From positions 65,215 to 129,214 of the forward strand of contig DJVP01000001.1 in NCBI GenBank assembly GCA_002441245.1: a stretch of 64,000 bases of DNA, written 5' to 3'. The stretch comes from Candidatus Omnitrophica bacterium UBA6253. Lineage in GTDB: Bacteria > Omnitrophota > Gorgyraeia > Gygaellales > Profunditerraquicolaceae. Positions 9,016 through 19,000 of this stretch are shown one piece after another; within the stretch, counting starts at the first letter, position 1; each line of letters begins with the position of its first letter. Below the pieces are notes generated by a model. That model searched no databases. It saw nothing but the letters and a program-made list of their open reading frames with translations, and was not told the origin of the DNA. The translations under genes and the position numbers were made by a program.

Positions 9016-10815
9016 ATGGATAAGTCATTGCTTAGGAATTTTTCTATCATCGCGCATATTGATCACGGCAAATCTACTTTGGCCGACCGGATATTGGAGT
9101 TAACTGGAGCTGTTGATGCCCGTCATAAAGGAGATCAGCTTCTTGATGATATGGAGCTGGAGAAGGAGCGAGGTATTACTATTAAGGCGTCTATGGTCCG
9201 GTTAAGTTATTTTTCCAAAAAATTCAATAAAGAGTATATCCTGAACCTTATTGATACCCCGGGCCACGTGGATTTTACTTATGAAGTATCAAAGTCCTTG
9301 GCCGCCTGCGAAGGAGCTATATTAGTAGTGGATGCAGGACAGGGAATAGAAGCACAAACTGTAGGAAATTATTACCTGGCTTTAGAAAATAACCTGCATG
9401 TTATCCCGGTAATTAATAAAATTGATTTGATTTCTGCCGATGTGCAAAGGGTCAAGGCGCAGGTAGAAACCGTTTTGGGTTTTAAGGAAGAAGAAATTAT
9501 TTTGTCTTCCGCAAAAGAAGGCCAGGGGGTTATTGATATCCTGGACAGGATTATCGAAACAGTTCCAAGTCCCAGCGGAGAGATTGAGAAGCCTCTTAAG
9601 GCTTTAATCTTTGATTGCCGTTTTGATGCTTTTAAGGGGGTAGTTGTTTTTGTAAAAGTCATAGACGGGCAAATTTCCCCTAAAACCCAATTAAAAATGT
9701 TTCATACAGGAAAGGCCTATAAAATTGAAGAACTGGGTGTTTTTAAGGATTTGAAATATTCTGCCGTAGATTCTTTGACATGCGGTGAGGTTGGCTACTT
9801 TACCGCTAATATGCGTGATCCCCGGGAGGTAATTATCGGCGATACAATTACTGACCCTAAAAACCCCTGTCTTGAGGCTTTGCCGGGATATCGTAAGGTC
9901 AAGCCCCTGGTATTTTGCGGTATTTATCCGGTTAATCCGGCTGACTTTCCGGAATTGCGCGATGCTATGGATAAATTAAAACTTTCAGATGCATCTTTTG
10001 TATTTGAGCCGGAAAATTCCCAGTCATTTGGGACAGGTTTTCGTTGCGGTTTCTTAGGGCTTTTGCATATGGAGATTGTCCAGGAGCGGCTTGAGCGTGA
10101 ATATAATTTAAACCTCATCCTTACCGTCCCAAATGTAGTTTATCGCATAAAAACCAAGGACGGCAAGCTTATCGAAGTAGATACTCCGGTTAAACTCTGC
10201 GCTTCGCAGGACATCGCAGAGGCACAAGAGCCCTATGCAAGCCTTTTAATGATTGTTCCGGTTGATTCCATAGAAGCAGTATGTGATTTTACTAAATCCC
10301 GCAGGGGGGTATTTGTTTCAAATGAATACTTGAGCGAGGACCGGGTAAAAGTTATTTTTCAGATCCCCCTCTCTGAAATAATCGTTGATTTTTATGACCG
10401 GATTAAATCAATTACCCGGGGTTATGGCTCCATGGATTACGAGTTTAAAGAGTACCTTCCGACAAAATTGGTGAAACTGGATATATTGTTGAACGGCCAG
10501 GTCTGTGATGCATTTTCTTCCCTGATGTTTAAGGAAAAGGCCACTTCGCGTGCACATCTTTTAGTGGGTAAATTAAAAGAATTAATTCCCCGGCAGCTAT
10601 TTGAAGTAGTTATACAGGCAGCAATAGGCAGCCAGATTTTAGCTTCTGAGAAAGTGCGTCCGGTTGGAAAACATGCTACGAGTAAATGTTCCGGAGGTGA
10701 TATTACCCGCAAACGCAAACTTTGGGATATACAAAAAAAGGGTAAAAAACGTTTAAAACAGTTTGGAAAGGTAGAAATTCCACAAGAGGCATTTTTGGAG
10801 GTATTAAAAATATGA
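9016..10815 (+). CDS. lepA: Elongation factor 4 (LepA)
   Basis: 599 aa. NFSIIAHIDHGKSTLADR GTPase start, LepA-specific C-terminal domain. Confidence 0.95.
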   Translation: MDKSLLRNFSIIAHIDHGKSTLADRILELTGAVDARHKGDQLLDDMELEKERGITIKASMVRLSYFSKKFNKEYILNLIDTPGHVDFTYEVSKSLAACEGAILVVDAGQGIEAQTVGNYYLALENNLHVIPVINKIDLISADVQRVKAQVETVLGFKEEEIILSSAKEGQGVIDILDRIIETVPSPSGEIEKPLKALIFDCRFDAFKGVVVFVKVIDGQISPKTQLKMFHTGKAYKIEELGVFKDLKYSAVDSLTCGEVGYFTANMRDPREVIIGDTITDPKNPCLEALPGYRKVKPLVFCGIYPVNPADFPELRDAMDKLKLSDASFVFEPENSQSFGTGFRCGFLGLLHMEIVQERLEREYNLNLILTVPNVVYRIKTKDGKLIEVDTPVKLCASQDIAEAQEPYASLLMIVPVDSIEAVCDFTKSRRGVFVSNEYLSEDRVKVIFQIPLSEIIVDFYDRIKSITRGYGSMDYEFKEYLPTKLVKLDILLNGQVCDAFSSLMFKEKATSRAHLLVGKLKELIPRQLFEVVIQAAIGSQILASEKVRPVGKHATSKCSGGDITRKRKLWDIQKKGKKRLKQFGKVEIPQEAFLEVLKI

Positions 10816-11387
10816 GTTTAAAAAAGAAATCCGTTTTACGCGATTGGGTCGAATCTATTATTATAGCTTTTTTGCTGGCTATGGTTATCCGTACTTTTGT
10901 GGTCCAGGCCTTTAAGATTCCCACTGGGTCAATGCGCATGACCTTGCAAGAAGGGGATCTAATATTGGTAAATAAATTTATCTATGGCGTTAAAGTCCCG
11001 TTCCTTAATTTTTACCTGCCTGCGGCCAGAGAGCCAAAGAGAGGCGATGTAATGGTTTTTGTTTACCCCGAAGATAATAAAAAGGATTTTATTAAAAGGT
11101 TAGTCGGTCTTCCTGGAGAAACCATAGAGATCAAAGGTGGCTCAATCTATATTAATGATAAACCTGCAGATGATCCGATTTTTAAACAAGTTTATTATTA
11201 TAACCGAGGCGAATTTGGCGCTGAAGGGCAGAAGATCAAGGTTCCTAAAGACAGTTATTTTGTTTTAGGAGATAACTCTGTTTCTTCCAAGGATAGCCGT
11301 TACTGGGGGTTTGTGCCTAAAGAAAACCTGCTTGGCCAAGCCATGGTTATTTATTGGCCAATACGTCGTATAAGAGTAATTAAATGA
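10812..11387 (+). CDS. lepB: Signal peptidase I
   Basis: 191 aa. N-terminal TM helix, catalytic Ser in GSMRMTL, and Box D/E motifs (GDNSVSSKDSRYWG). Confidence 0.85.
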   Translation: MSLKKKSVLRDWVESIIIAFLLAMVIRTFVVQAFKIPTGSMRMTLQEGDLILVNKFIYGVKVPFLNFYLPAAREPKRGDVMVFVYPEDNKKDFIKRLVGLPGETIEIKGGSIYINDKPADDPIFKQVYYYNRGEFGAEGQKIKVPKDSYFVLGDNSVSSKDSRYWGFVPKENLLGQAMVIYWPIRRIRVIK

Positions 11388-11947
11388 ATATAGCTAATAA
11401 AATTTCAACATTCCGTATTTTAAGCGTCCCATTTTTTATTGCCTGCCTGGTATACTATACTCCCGAAAGGGGATTTTTAAAAAACCTGGCTTTAGCTATA
11501 TTTATTCTAGGTGTGATTTCTGATGGCCTGGATGGTTTTATTGCCAGAAAAGCTAAGCTGCAGTCAAAGGCAGGATTAATTTTAGATCCCCTGGGAGATA
11601 AACTTTTGCTAATGAGTGCTTTTATATTCTTGTCCCCTATAAGTAAGCTTGGGTTAAAATTCCCGCTTTGGGTCAGTTTTATTGTAATATCGCGGGATGT
11701 AATTATCATTATAGGTGCGGTGGTTATATATATGGTTAAACAGTCTTTGGATGTGCACCCAACTAAATGGGGTAAACTTACCACTACATTTCAAATGCTT
11801 TCAGTGGTTTGTGTATTGCTGCAGTATAAACTGGCTGCTTTTGTCTGGTGGATTGCAGTGATTTTTACCGTTGTTTCAGGGGTAGATTACGTAAAGAGGG
11901 GGTTCAAAATATTATATGCTTTGGATAATCGCCGCATTAGTAGCTAG
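11384..11947 (+). CDS. pgsA: CDP-alcohol phosphatidyltransferase (phosphatidylglycerophosphate synthase-like)
   Basis: 187 aa. DG(x)2AR(x)8G(x)3D-type motif (DGLDGFIARK...GLILDPLGD). Multi-TM protein. Confidence 0.75.
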   Translation: MNIANKISTFRILSVPFFIACLVYYTPERGFLKNLALAIFILGVISDGLDGFIARKAKLQSKAGLILDPLGDKLLLMSAFIFLSPISKLGLKFPLWVSFIVISRDVIIIIGAVVIYMVKQSLDVHPTKWGKLTTTFQMLSVVCVLLQYKLAAFVWWIAVIFTVVSGVDYVKRGFKILYALDNRRISS

Positions 11948-12557
11948 CTATTTGTTAGGATCAATACCCACTGCTTATCTTTTTGGAAGGATACTCAAAG
12001 GTATTGATATCCGTAAGGTCGGCTCTGGCAATGTTGGTGCAACTAATGCCATGCGTGCCTTGGGCAGGGGGCCGGGAATTACGGTTTTATTATTAGATAT
12101 ACTAAAAGGTTTTATAGTAGTTGTTTTTCTGGGGGACTATTTTGTTAATAAACAAATATTTACACAGGAATATAACTTGCGTATTATCATGGGGTTATGT
12201 TCCATCTGCGGACATAACTGGACTATTTTCCTTAGATTTAAAGGCGGCAAAGGCATTGCAACTACCTTTGGAGTATTGCTTGGTTTGGCGTTAAGGTTAC
12301 CCGGATTAGGCGTAGTAATTGGCGTATTGGTATTGATCTGGTTAATCGTTTTTATGACTTGGAGAATAGTTTCTTTAGCTTCTATAATGGCTGCTATTAT
12401 TTTTCCAATTTTGATACTGTTTCTTAAGTTGCCTGCTATTTTAGTTATTGTTAGTTTTATACTTTGTATTTTTGTAATTATCCGCCATAGATCTAACCTT
12501 TCTAGGATCATCCGGGGCAAAGAACCCCGCCTGTATTTTAAAAAACCCGGGAATTAA
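11916..12557 (+). CDS. plsY: Glycerol-3-phosphate acyltransferase PlsY
   Basis: 213 aa. GSIPTAYLFGR, GSGNVGATNA and KGGKGIAT motifs. Multi-TM protein. Confidence 0.85.
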   Translation: MLWIIAALVASYLLGSIPTAYLFGRILKGIDIRKVGSGNVGATNAMRALGRGPGITVLLLDILKGFIVVVFLGDYFVNKQIFTQEYNLRIIMGLCSICGHNWTIFLRFKGGKGIATTFGVLLGLALRLPGLGVVIGVLVLIWLIVFMTWRIVSLASIMAAIIFPILILFLKLPAILVIVSFILCIFVIIRHRSNLSRIIRGKEPRLYFKKPGN

Positions 12558-12721
12558 TTTCTCCGTCGATAATTAAAGCAAACGCTTTCTTTTTAGAGCC
12601 CTTTCCTATTGAAATCGGCTTTTTTTGATTGCATAATTATAGTGGAATTAACTATAAAACCCCACTGGCCTCGAAGGGGAGCTGGGTTGCCAGTTGGCAA
12701 TCCAGCTAGCTAAAGGAAAAT

Positions 12722-13060
12722 ATGCGTGATTTACTGTATAAGAATTTGACATCTGCCGACAGGAGCCGCAGGGTGATCGCCAGCTCAGAAATAACAGATA
12801 AAGAGGGCGTACACAGTGTGGTGCGCAGGCATTTTGCATGCATGATTAAGCAGGTTGAAAAAGCCGACGCAGTAAAACCTTCCCCGTATCTTTATGTTTT
12901 AAAAGACAGGAATACGAAGGAAAAACGGGAGCATTTCTTCTGCAAGATTAAAGGGAGCCTATTGGCGGTAAATAAAGGCAAGTTTTTTCTTATTGTATTT
13001 GTGCATACCTTAAGTATCCAGCTTACTGCTAATGAGAAAATAAGCGAAAAGATTGGTTAA
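12722..13060 (+). CDS. Hypothetical protein (orphan monocistronic unit)
   Basis: 112-aa ORF. AAGGA RBS 5 nt upstream. Flanked by its own terminator at 13084-13112. I recognise no family. Confidence 0.4.
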   Translation: MRDLLYKNLTSADRSRRVIASSEITDKEGVHSVVRRHFACMIKQVEKADAVKPSPYLYVLKDRNTKEKREHFFCKIKGSLLAVNKGKFFLIVFVHTLSIQLTANEKISEKIG

Positions 13061-13083
13061 TTTATAAGTAAATATAGTTTAAG

Positions 13084-13112
13084 CCAGGTATTTAAAATTA
13101 CCTGGTTTTTTT
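13084..13112 (+). terminator. Rho-independent terminator
   Basis: Stem CCAGGTA (13084-13090), 8-nt loop, TACCTGG (13099-13105), then a 7-T tract (13106-13112). Confidence 0.7.
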
Positions 13113-13113
13113 A

Positions 13114-13141
13114 TTGACATAAATATAGATTTATATATAAT
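13114..13141 (+). promoter_or_regulatory. Sigma70-type promoter (TTGACA - 16 nt - TATAAT) about 10 nt upstream of the ATG at 13152
   Basis: Perfect consensus -35 at 13114-13119 and -10 at 13136-13141. The predicted TSS leaves a leader of about 3-5 nt with no SD, so the mRNA would be essentially leaderless. Confidence 0.55.
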
Positions 13142-13151
13142 ATTAGCAACT

Positions 13152-16007
13152 ATGCACAAACAAAACATTATATATAAAACTATGGCGCTATTTTTTTTAG
13201 CGCTTATTTTTTTATCCACTACTCCTGCCTTTAGCCAAAGCCTGGAAGCAGATTATCTTTGTGAGTTAGGTAAAACTTTTTACATTCAGGGCAAGATTGA
13301 TGATGCACTTTCAGAATTTACCAAGGTTCTTTTGATCGATCCAAATAATCAGCAGGCTAAAGATTACATAAATAAAATATTTAACGGTGAATTACGGTAT
13401 AAGGAAGAGCCCGACACTACTAAATCTTCTGCGCCTCTTAAGCCTGCGGTTGTAAAGCAGGAGGGTTTATCTGACAAGCAACTTAAAGAGGCACCGGTGG
13501 CTGTGCAAGAAAAGGGGACTACCTTATCAAAAGACGAGGCAATGGATCAGGCGCTTAATAATTTAAAGAGCGCAGAAGAACCAACCTGGATTCCTGTTTT
13601 TAATTCTTCCAAAAATCCTGCAAAAGAAAGCGCAAAGGGGAAAGATGAAAAAAAAGGTTTAAAGGTAGGTCCATTAAGGGTGAGCGGTGAAATGCAGCTT
13701 AGTTTTGGGGTAACTTCCAATGATTTCATTTGGAAGCGGGCCAACTTTGATTTAAATGAAAAATTTTTCAGCTGGCGCATGTTGTCCAACGCTGCCTATA
13801 ATCGGGGTTTTAATACTTACGATCCGGCTATATATGATTCGCTCAGCATCAATTTAGATACTGAAAACGAAGAAGGGTTCAACTTTCATACTAACATTAC
13901 CGTAGATCCCTGGAGCTTTACCGGTAAAAGTAGCAAGATGACTGTAGGGGACGGTTCGGATACTACCGATATCCAGTTATTGTATTGGTCGAATACAGGT
14001 TATACCTTGGGACATACTTATTACAGCGGTATCTATGGGGCCGCACTGAACCTCCCGGAAATAAAAGTTGTAGATGGCAAGGTGGTTGCTACTACCGCCT
14101 CGGGTTATAGTATTCCGGAATCCGATATTGATATGCAGTTTCAGCCGATCCGCGAGTTATGGCTGGATTATACCAATGATACAGTTAAATTTCGCGCCTT
14201 CCCGATGGCTTATCAGGACCAGGCTTATACTTCTGATGACCCCTTAAATATAAGTAATCATGGAATATGGTGGAAAGATAGTAAGTGGTTGCGTTCTTAT
14301 GTACCTGGAGCCTATCATAGCGGTGATTTTTCAAATCCAGCTAGTTTTACCAAGGGTTATTGGGATGATTCGCTTTCCTTTATCTCTAAGGATAGCACTG
14401 GAAAATATCTTACTGCCTTGCGTGGTTTTTCCTTTAGTTTACAACCGCAGGAAGCTACAACCTTCGATACTACCGTAGCTACACCTAAAACTCTTTGGCA
14501 GGATTATAGTGTAGTAGATAATTTGATTACCGCCAGCCGGCTTAAACATCATTTTTCGGATAATTTTATGCTGGGGGGTACTTTTACTTCACGTTTAGGT
14601 TATACAACTGATCCCCGGGAATTAGATAGCCAGAATTTTGTAGGGGGTGTTGATTTAGGGTATGAGATTGTTGATGGTATGAAAGTACAGGCTGAAGTCC
14701 TCAGTTCCAAATCGAATTATGATATGACCAATTCAACTTATGAAACAGAGTCGCGCGGTAACGCGTATTATTTTTCTTTTATTACGCGTTATCCTCAGGC
14801 AAGCATTATGGATTTAAAATACGGTTATGATGAAATAGCGTTGGATAAAGATGAAACATTCCTAGTTAAGAGTAAGTTTTATGCCAGCCGCATGGATAAA
14901 GGTTTTGATTCTGCGCTTTCTGATTTTCATAATAGCCGCCAGGATGTTTTCTGGTCAAGGCATATACATTTTCGTAAACCTATGGATTATTACGCTCAAG
15001 GATTAGACGGGCCCAATGCTAATTGGGAAGAGCTTAATTCTACCCGTATTGGTGACGGCATTGATGTGGGGAGGAATACTCTGGGTTTTCGTATTGAAAC
15101 CTTTCTGGAAGACAGGTTCTATAACCTTTTTGATATGCGTAACGTGCACAATGTTAACGGTAAATTCGTTGAAAATGTAGTACGTGATGAAGCGACTTTA
15201 AAACTAACCGATAAATTAACCGCTAAGGCCTTGGGTATTTATCAGAGGATGCCCAAGACTGTAGGCGGCATAGACCCGTATATCTATGATGGTAAGACAG
15301 GGGAGTTTTTTACAAATTCCGCCGTTCCTGACGGGGAAGACCCCTCGATTAAAACCGGATCCCTTGGTTTAAATTACGATTTCTTTGATTGGTTAAGTTT
15401 AAATGGTATATATGAACGTACGAACGATTATACATTGGCCTATGGAAACTTCCCCCAAAATATCTTGAGAGATGATACATCTTTATATGGACGGTATTAT
15501 CAAAACGGTAATTACTATAGCTATGTTGCACCGTTTCTTTATGGGCAGGGTATTTTTCCACAGGCCCCGTATGATTTTTATAATGTTTTTAAAGCCGGCT
15601 TAAGGGTTATCCCGATGAAAAATATGGAGATCTATTTTGATTATACGCGTAATGAATACGAAACTGCGTCCTTAATTAACGATAATATGAATCATATGGG
15701 GATGGAAGTTGCTTATACGCCTACCGAAAAGATTGGCATGTCGTTTAAATACATTTATTCCCGCTGTAAAGATATTATTTTATTGCCTAGTTCAGATTAT
15801 GGGCTTACGGATAACGTGGTAGGGCATCACAATTTTTTCTTTGAGTTTAGATATAGGCCGTCAAAAGATGATGAGTTCAGTATGCAGTATGGAGTAGGCG
15901 ATACTAGTTCTATGAGTAATATAGTTTCATTAGACCCTTATGGTGGCAGCATGCTTACTTTGGATACACAGCACATTATCCGCCTTTATTACCGCAGAAA
16001 GTTTTAA
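13152..16007 (+). CDS. Large outer-membrane beta-barrel protein with an N-terminal TPR-like segment (unknown family)
   Basis: 951 aa. Signal peptide (MALFFLALIFLSTTPAFSQ). A TPR-like helix pair follows. About 800 aa are rich in G/Y/D/N/T amphipathic beta-strand patterns. The C-terminus ends in ...YYRRKF, the terminal Phe typical of OMPs. Confidence 0.5.
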   Translation: MHKQNIIYKTMALFFLALIFLSTTPAFSQSLEADYLCELGKTFYIQGKIDDALSEFTKVLLIDPNNQQAKDYINKIFNGELRYKEEPDTTKSSAPLKPAVVKQEGLSDKQLKEAPVAVQEKGTTLSKDEAMDQALNNLKSAEEPTWIPVFNSSKNPAKESAKGKDEKKGLKVGPLRVSGEMQLSFGVTSNDFIWKRANFDLNEKFFSWRMLSNAAYNRGFNTYDPAIYDSLSINLDTENEEGFNFHTNITVDPWSFTGKSSKMTVGDGSDTTDIQLLYWSNTGYTLGHTYYSGIYGAALNLPEIKVVDGKVVATTASGYSIPESDIDMQFQPIRELWLDYTNDTVKFRAFPMAYQDQAYTSDDPLNISNHGIWWKDSKWLRSYVPGAYHSGDFSNPASFTKGYWDDSLSFISKDSTGKYLTALRGFSFSLQPQEATTFDTTVATPKTLWQDYSVVDNLITASRLKHHFSDNFMLGGTFTSRLGYTTDPRELDSQNFVGGVDLGYEIVDGMKVQAEVLSSKSNYDMTNSTYETESRGNAYYFSFITRYPQASIMDLKYGYDEIALDKDETFLVKSKFYASRMDKGFDSALSDFHNSRQDVFWSRHIHFRKPMDYYAQGLDGPNANWEELNSTRIGDGIDVGRNTLGFRIETFLEDRFYNLFDMRNVHNVNGKFVENVVRDEATLKLTDKLTAKALGIYQRMPKTVGGIDPYIYDGKTGEFFTNSAVPDGEDPSIKTGSLGLNYDFFDWLSLNGIYERTNDYTLAYGNFPQNILRDDTSLYGRYYQNGNYYSYVAPFLYGQGIFPQAPYDFYNVFKAGLRVIPMKNMEIYFDYTRNEYETASLINDNMNHMGMEVAYTPTEKIGMSFKYIYSRCKDIILLPSSDYGLTDNVVGHHNFFFEFRYRPSKDDEFSMQYGVGDTSSMSNIVSLDPYGGSMLTLDTQHIIRLYYRRKF

Positions 16008-16008
16008 T

Positions 16009-19000
16009 TTATTCCAAGTAGATATCGATTTTATTAATCTGGCGAGACCTTATTTTTTGAGCGTAGACTGAAGGGATGTTTGCGGAATTTATCTTTATAG
16101 GGTTGCCATCTTCAAAAAGTATCACTTTAGATATCTTTGCGCCGTTTTTGCCAAAGGTATCTTTTCTTTTTGGGTTATGGTAAGTTACTATTATTGAACT
16201 TAGGAAATTAAAGGAATATTCCCCATTGCGGTTAAACAGCCAGCCTGGTAAAGACGGTTTAAACTCTAGGCAAAGTTGTTTATTGTCCAGGTAAAATGGG
16301 TTGTTTCCGGTGTTCATTGTCAGCCAGATTTGCAAGAATTCCGCAGTTGAACCTGAAAGCCTGGCCACAAAGCCGTTACCATGAAGGCTTTTGTCCGGGA
16401 ATGCACTGCTTGCCAGGAAAGAGGAATTCTCCAGGATGCTACGGCCGTATCTTTGAGGGTTAAGAAAAGGTATAAGCACATTTTTGAATTCTGTGTAGAA
16501 TTCTTTATTTAAACCGGTTTTAAGCATTTCCAGTATGTATTTATATTCCATGTGCAGCCAGATAGATTCGTTTTCCAGCCAGCCGGGAGTGAATATCCTA
16601 CATCTGCCAATTTCCTCAGGCATATTATTAAGCGCAGCCGTTACTTTGTACATCTTGAGTTTTTTATCGAAAAGCAGGCTTTTTTTGGTTGCTTTATAAA
16701 TACTTAAGGCTTCTGCCGCATCCCGGCTTAATCTCAATGCATGCATCTGTCCCTCTAAGAATAAAGGGGCAGGTATTTGCGTGAATTTCTTAGGTTTTAT
16801 ATAATGGTCTTTAATTAGGTCAAATTCAACTACTTCATTTATGAAATATGAATTATAGACGCCCTTTGATTTGTTAAATGCCTTGTTCAAACCGGTTTCA
16901 ACTTTTTCCAGGGCGGAATTTATAAAAGAAAGCAATTCTTTGGTTTCTATATATGCTATATTGCCAGAAAAGCCCAGTTGGTTATTATGGCGGTAATTTT
17001 CCTTCAAGGTATTGCTTTTGTCCCAGTAGGAAAAACCCTCTTCGTTTAAAATAAGGTAGAGTTGCCTGATAAAATCAAGGATTTCTTCAGCTAGCTCGAT
17101 TTCATTCTCTTTAGAGTTTTCCAGAGATGATTTTATCATTTGAAGCAGGCGCTTAAGTTCAAAGGTTTCGCAGGTAGATGAGCCAAAGAGGGCGGGCAGG
17201 CCGTTAAGAGAATCAAACCAGTTGGGTTTTCCGGCCTCCATCTCTATGCCAATACCAAAAGGATCCAGGGAGGACAGCTTGTTGGCCGCAAGGCATAAAA
17301 GTTTGGTAATAAGCGTAGTATAATAAATTTCTCCGATACCGTGTTGAGTCCTTAGAAGGTGAGGGTTATTTGTGCGTTTACGCAGCATTTCTTTTTTTGT
17401 GCTATCAAGTGCGAGACAGTGCAATTGCCGGGGTTTACCATTATATAGTATATATCTTTCGCTGCGAGGCCTGACTACTTCAGTGTTATCGTAAAAGGCA
17501 AAAACCTTCTTCTCAAAGAATAATTCGTTGGATTTTTCAGGGTAAATACCCAGGTAGCTATCAATTAAATCTAAATTATAAGTCCAGTGGTCTGTCCAGA
17601 ATCCCTCTCCGTGTTCTGCCTCCTGCGTTTTTAAGGCCGAGGAGAGGACTATGTCCAGGAAGTGATCATAGGAGGTATTGAGATTTATTTTGTTTTCCTC
17701 AACGAAAAAGATCAATTCCCCCGGGGTGAATGGTTTTCTCAAATAAGGTTCGAGTACTTTAATATCGTTTTTATCAGCTATTGCCTCAAGAAGTTTGTAC
17801 AGGTTGAGGTTTTCTTTAAGTAGGAAGCTGTCAGGTTTTACTACCAGGGGGTTAAATCCGTCAGATTGCAGTAGATTCATAAAGAATATTACATTTTCAT
17901 CTTTTACCTCAGGATTAAACCAGCAATCATTGCGCCGGTTCTGATTTATATCCCGGTAATTACCGTTTCCCTGGGAAAGATAGGTTGGCTGCAATTGAAA
18001 TTTATTGTAGTCTCTTTCCAGGTCGCCATGCTTGCGGGAATAAAGATAAAATACCAGCCCGGATTTAAAAATCTCGGGGTATCCTCCCCGCATAATGTTA
18101 TCTAGATAAGTTTGTCCGGAGTATAAATTGAATTCTTTGGAGCTGCTTTCAGTCAGGACATTATTTTTTAACCTACGGATAAGTTCGAGGTTTTCGTTTG
18201 ATTTCTTCTCAATGTATCCGAATTTTGTAATTTTGGGAACTGAGGTGTTCAGAGTTTTAACATTACGCGCCTGCCCTATGATTGAGTAAAATATTTTTTG
18301 TTCTCCGGGCTTTAATTCCATGTTCATTAAAAGTAATGCGCTGGGGGTTTTACTTTTAGTCATCTGTTTTGCAGGATATGGGAATTTGGAGTTAGCCAGG
18401 AATTGAGCCGGATATGAGAAATCAGTTACTGCCCCGAAGACAGCTTCGGGGTCAACGATAGGGCGGATGATTTCTGCTTTAGTGCCCTTAAAATGAAAAC
18501 CAAGGTAAAAATTCCCCCCGTCAATATGTACTACTTCGGGACGGTCAGCAGGATCGACCGCAAGTTTATAAAAAGGAATATCGTTTTCCAGGTTATCGAT
18601 GTTCATCCAGGCCTCAATAGTGCGCCCAAGTTTCTTTAAGAAGAAGTTGTGTGTTCCGAAGGGGACGATTTGCGGCAGGCCGTCTATTAATTCTACGGAT
18701 TTATGTTTATTCCCGATATTCTCAATGCTCACAATACGGCTTAACCCGGCATAGGTATCGTTAGGTATATTGAAATATTCTATCCGGGTTTTGATACCCA
18801 GGGTTTTATTCTCCTCTTCTATAATAAGCTGGCTTGAATCTATGCGCAGGGAGTTAGTTATCCGGTATTTCAGGTTGAGATAGCCGTTATGAAATGGTTC
18901 GTAATAGAGGGGGGCTTTTGAAGTTTTAATTTTAATAAAAGTGCGGAATCCCTGGGTAGAAACAAGCTGCCAGGATTTATTCGCCGGAAAAAACTCCAGG

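Noticed and set aside
12648-12839. 63-aa minus-strand ORF.
   Set aside because: It spans the 28-bp palindrome and the 5' end of the + strand ORF 12722-13060, which has an RBS and a terminator. No RBS is present. It is an artefact.
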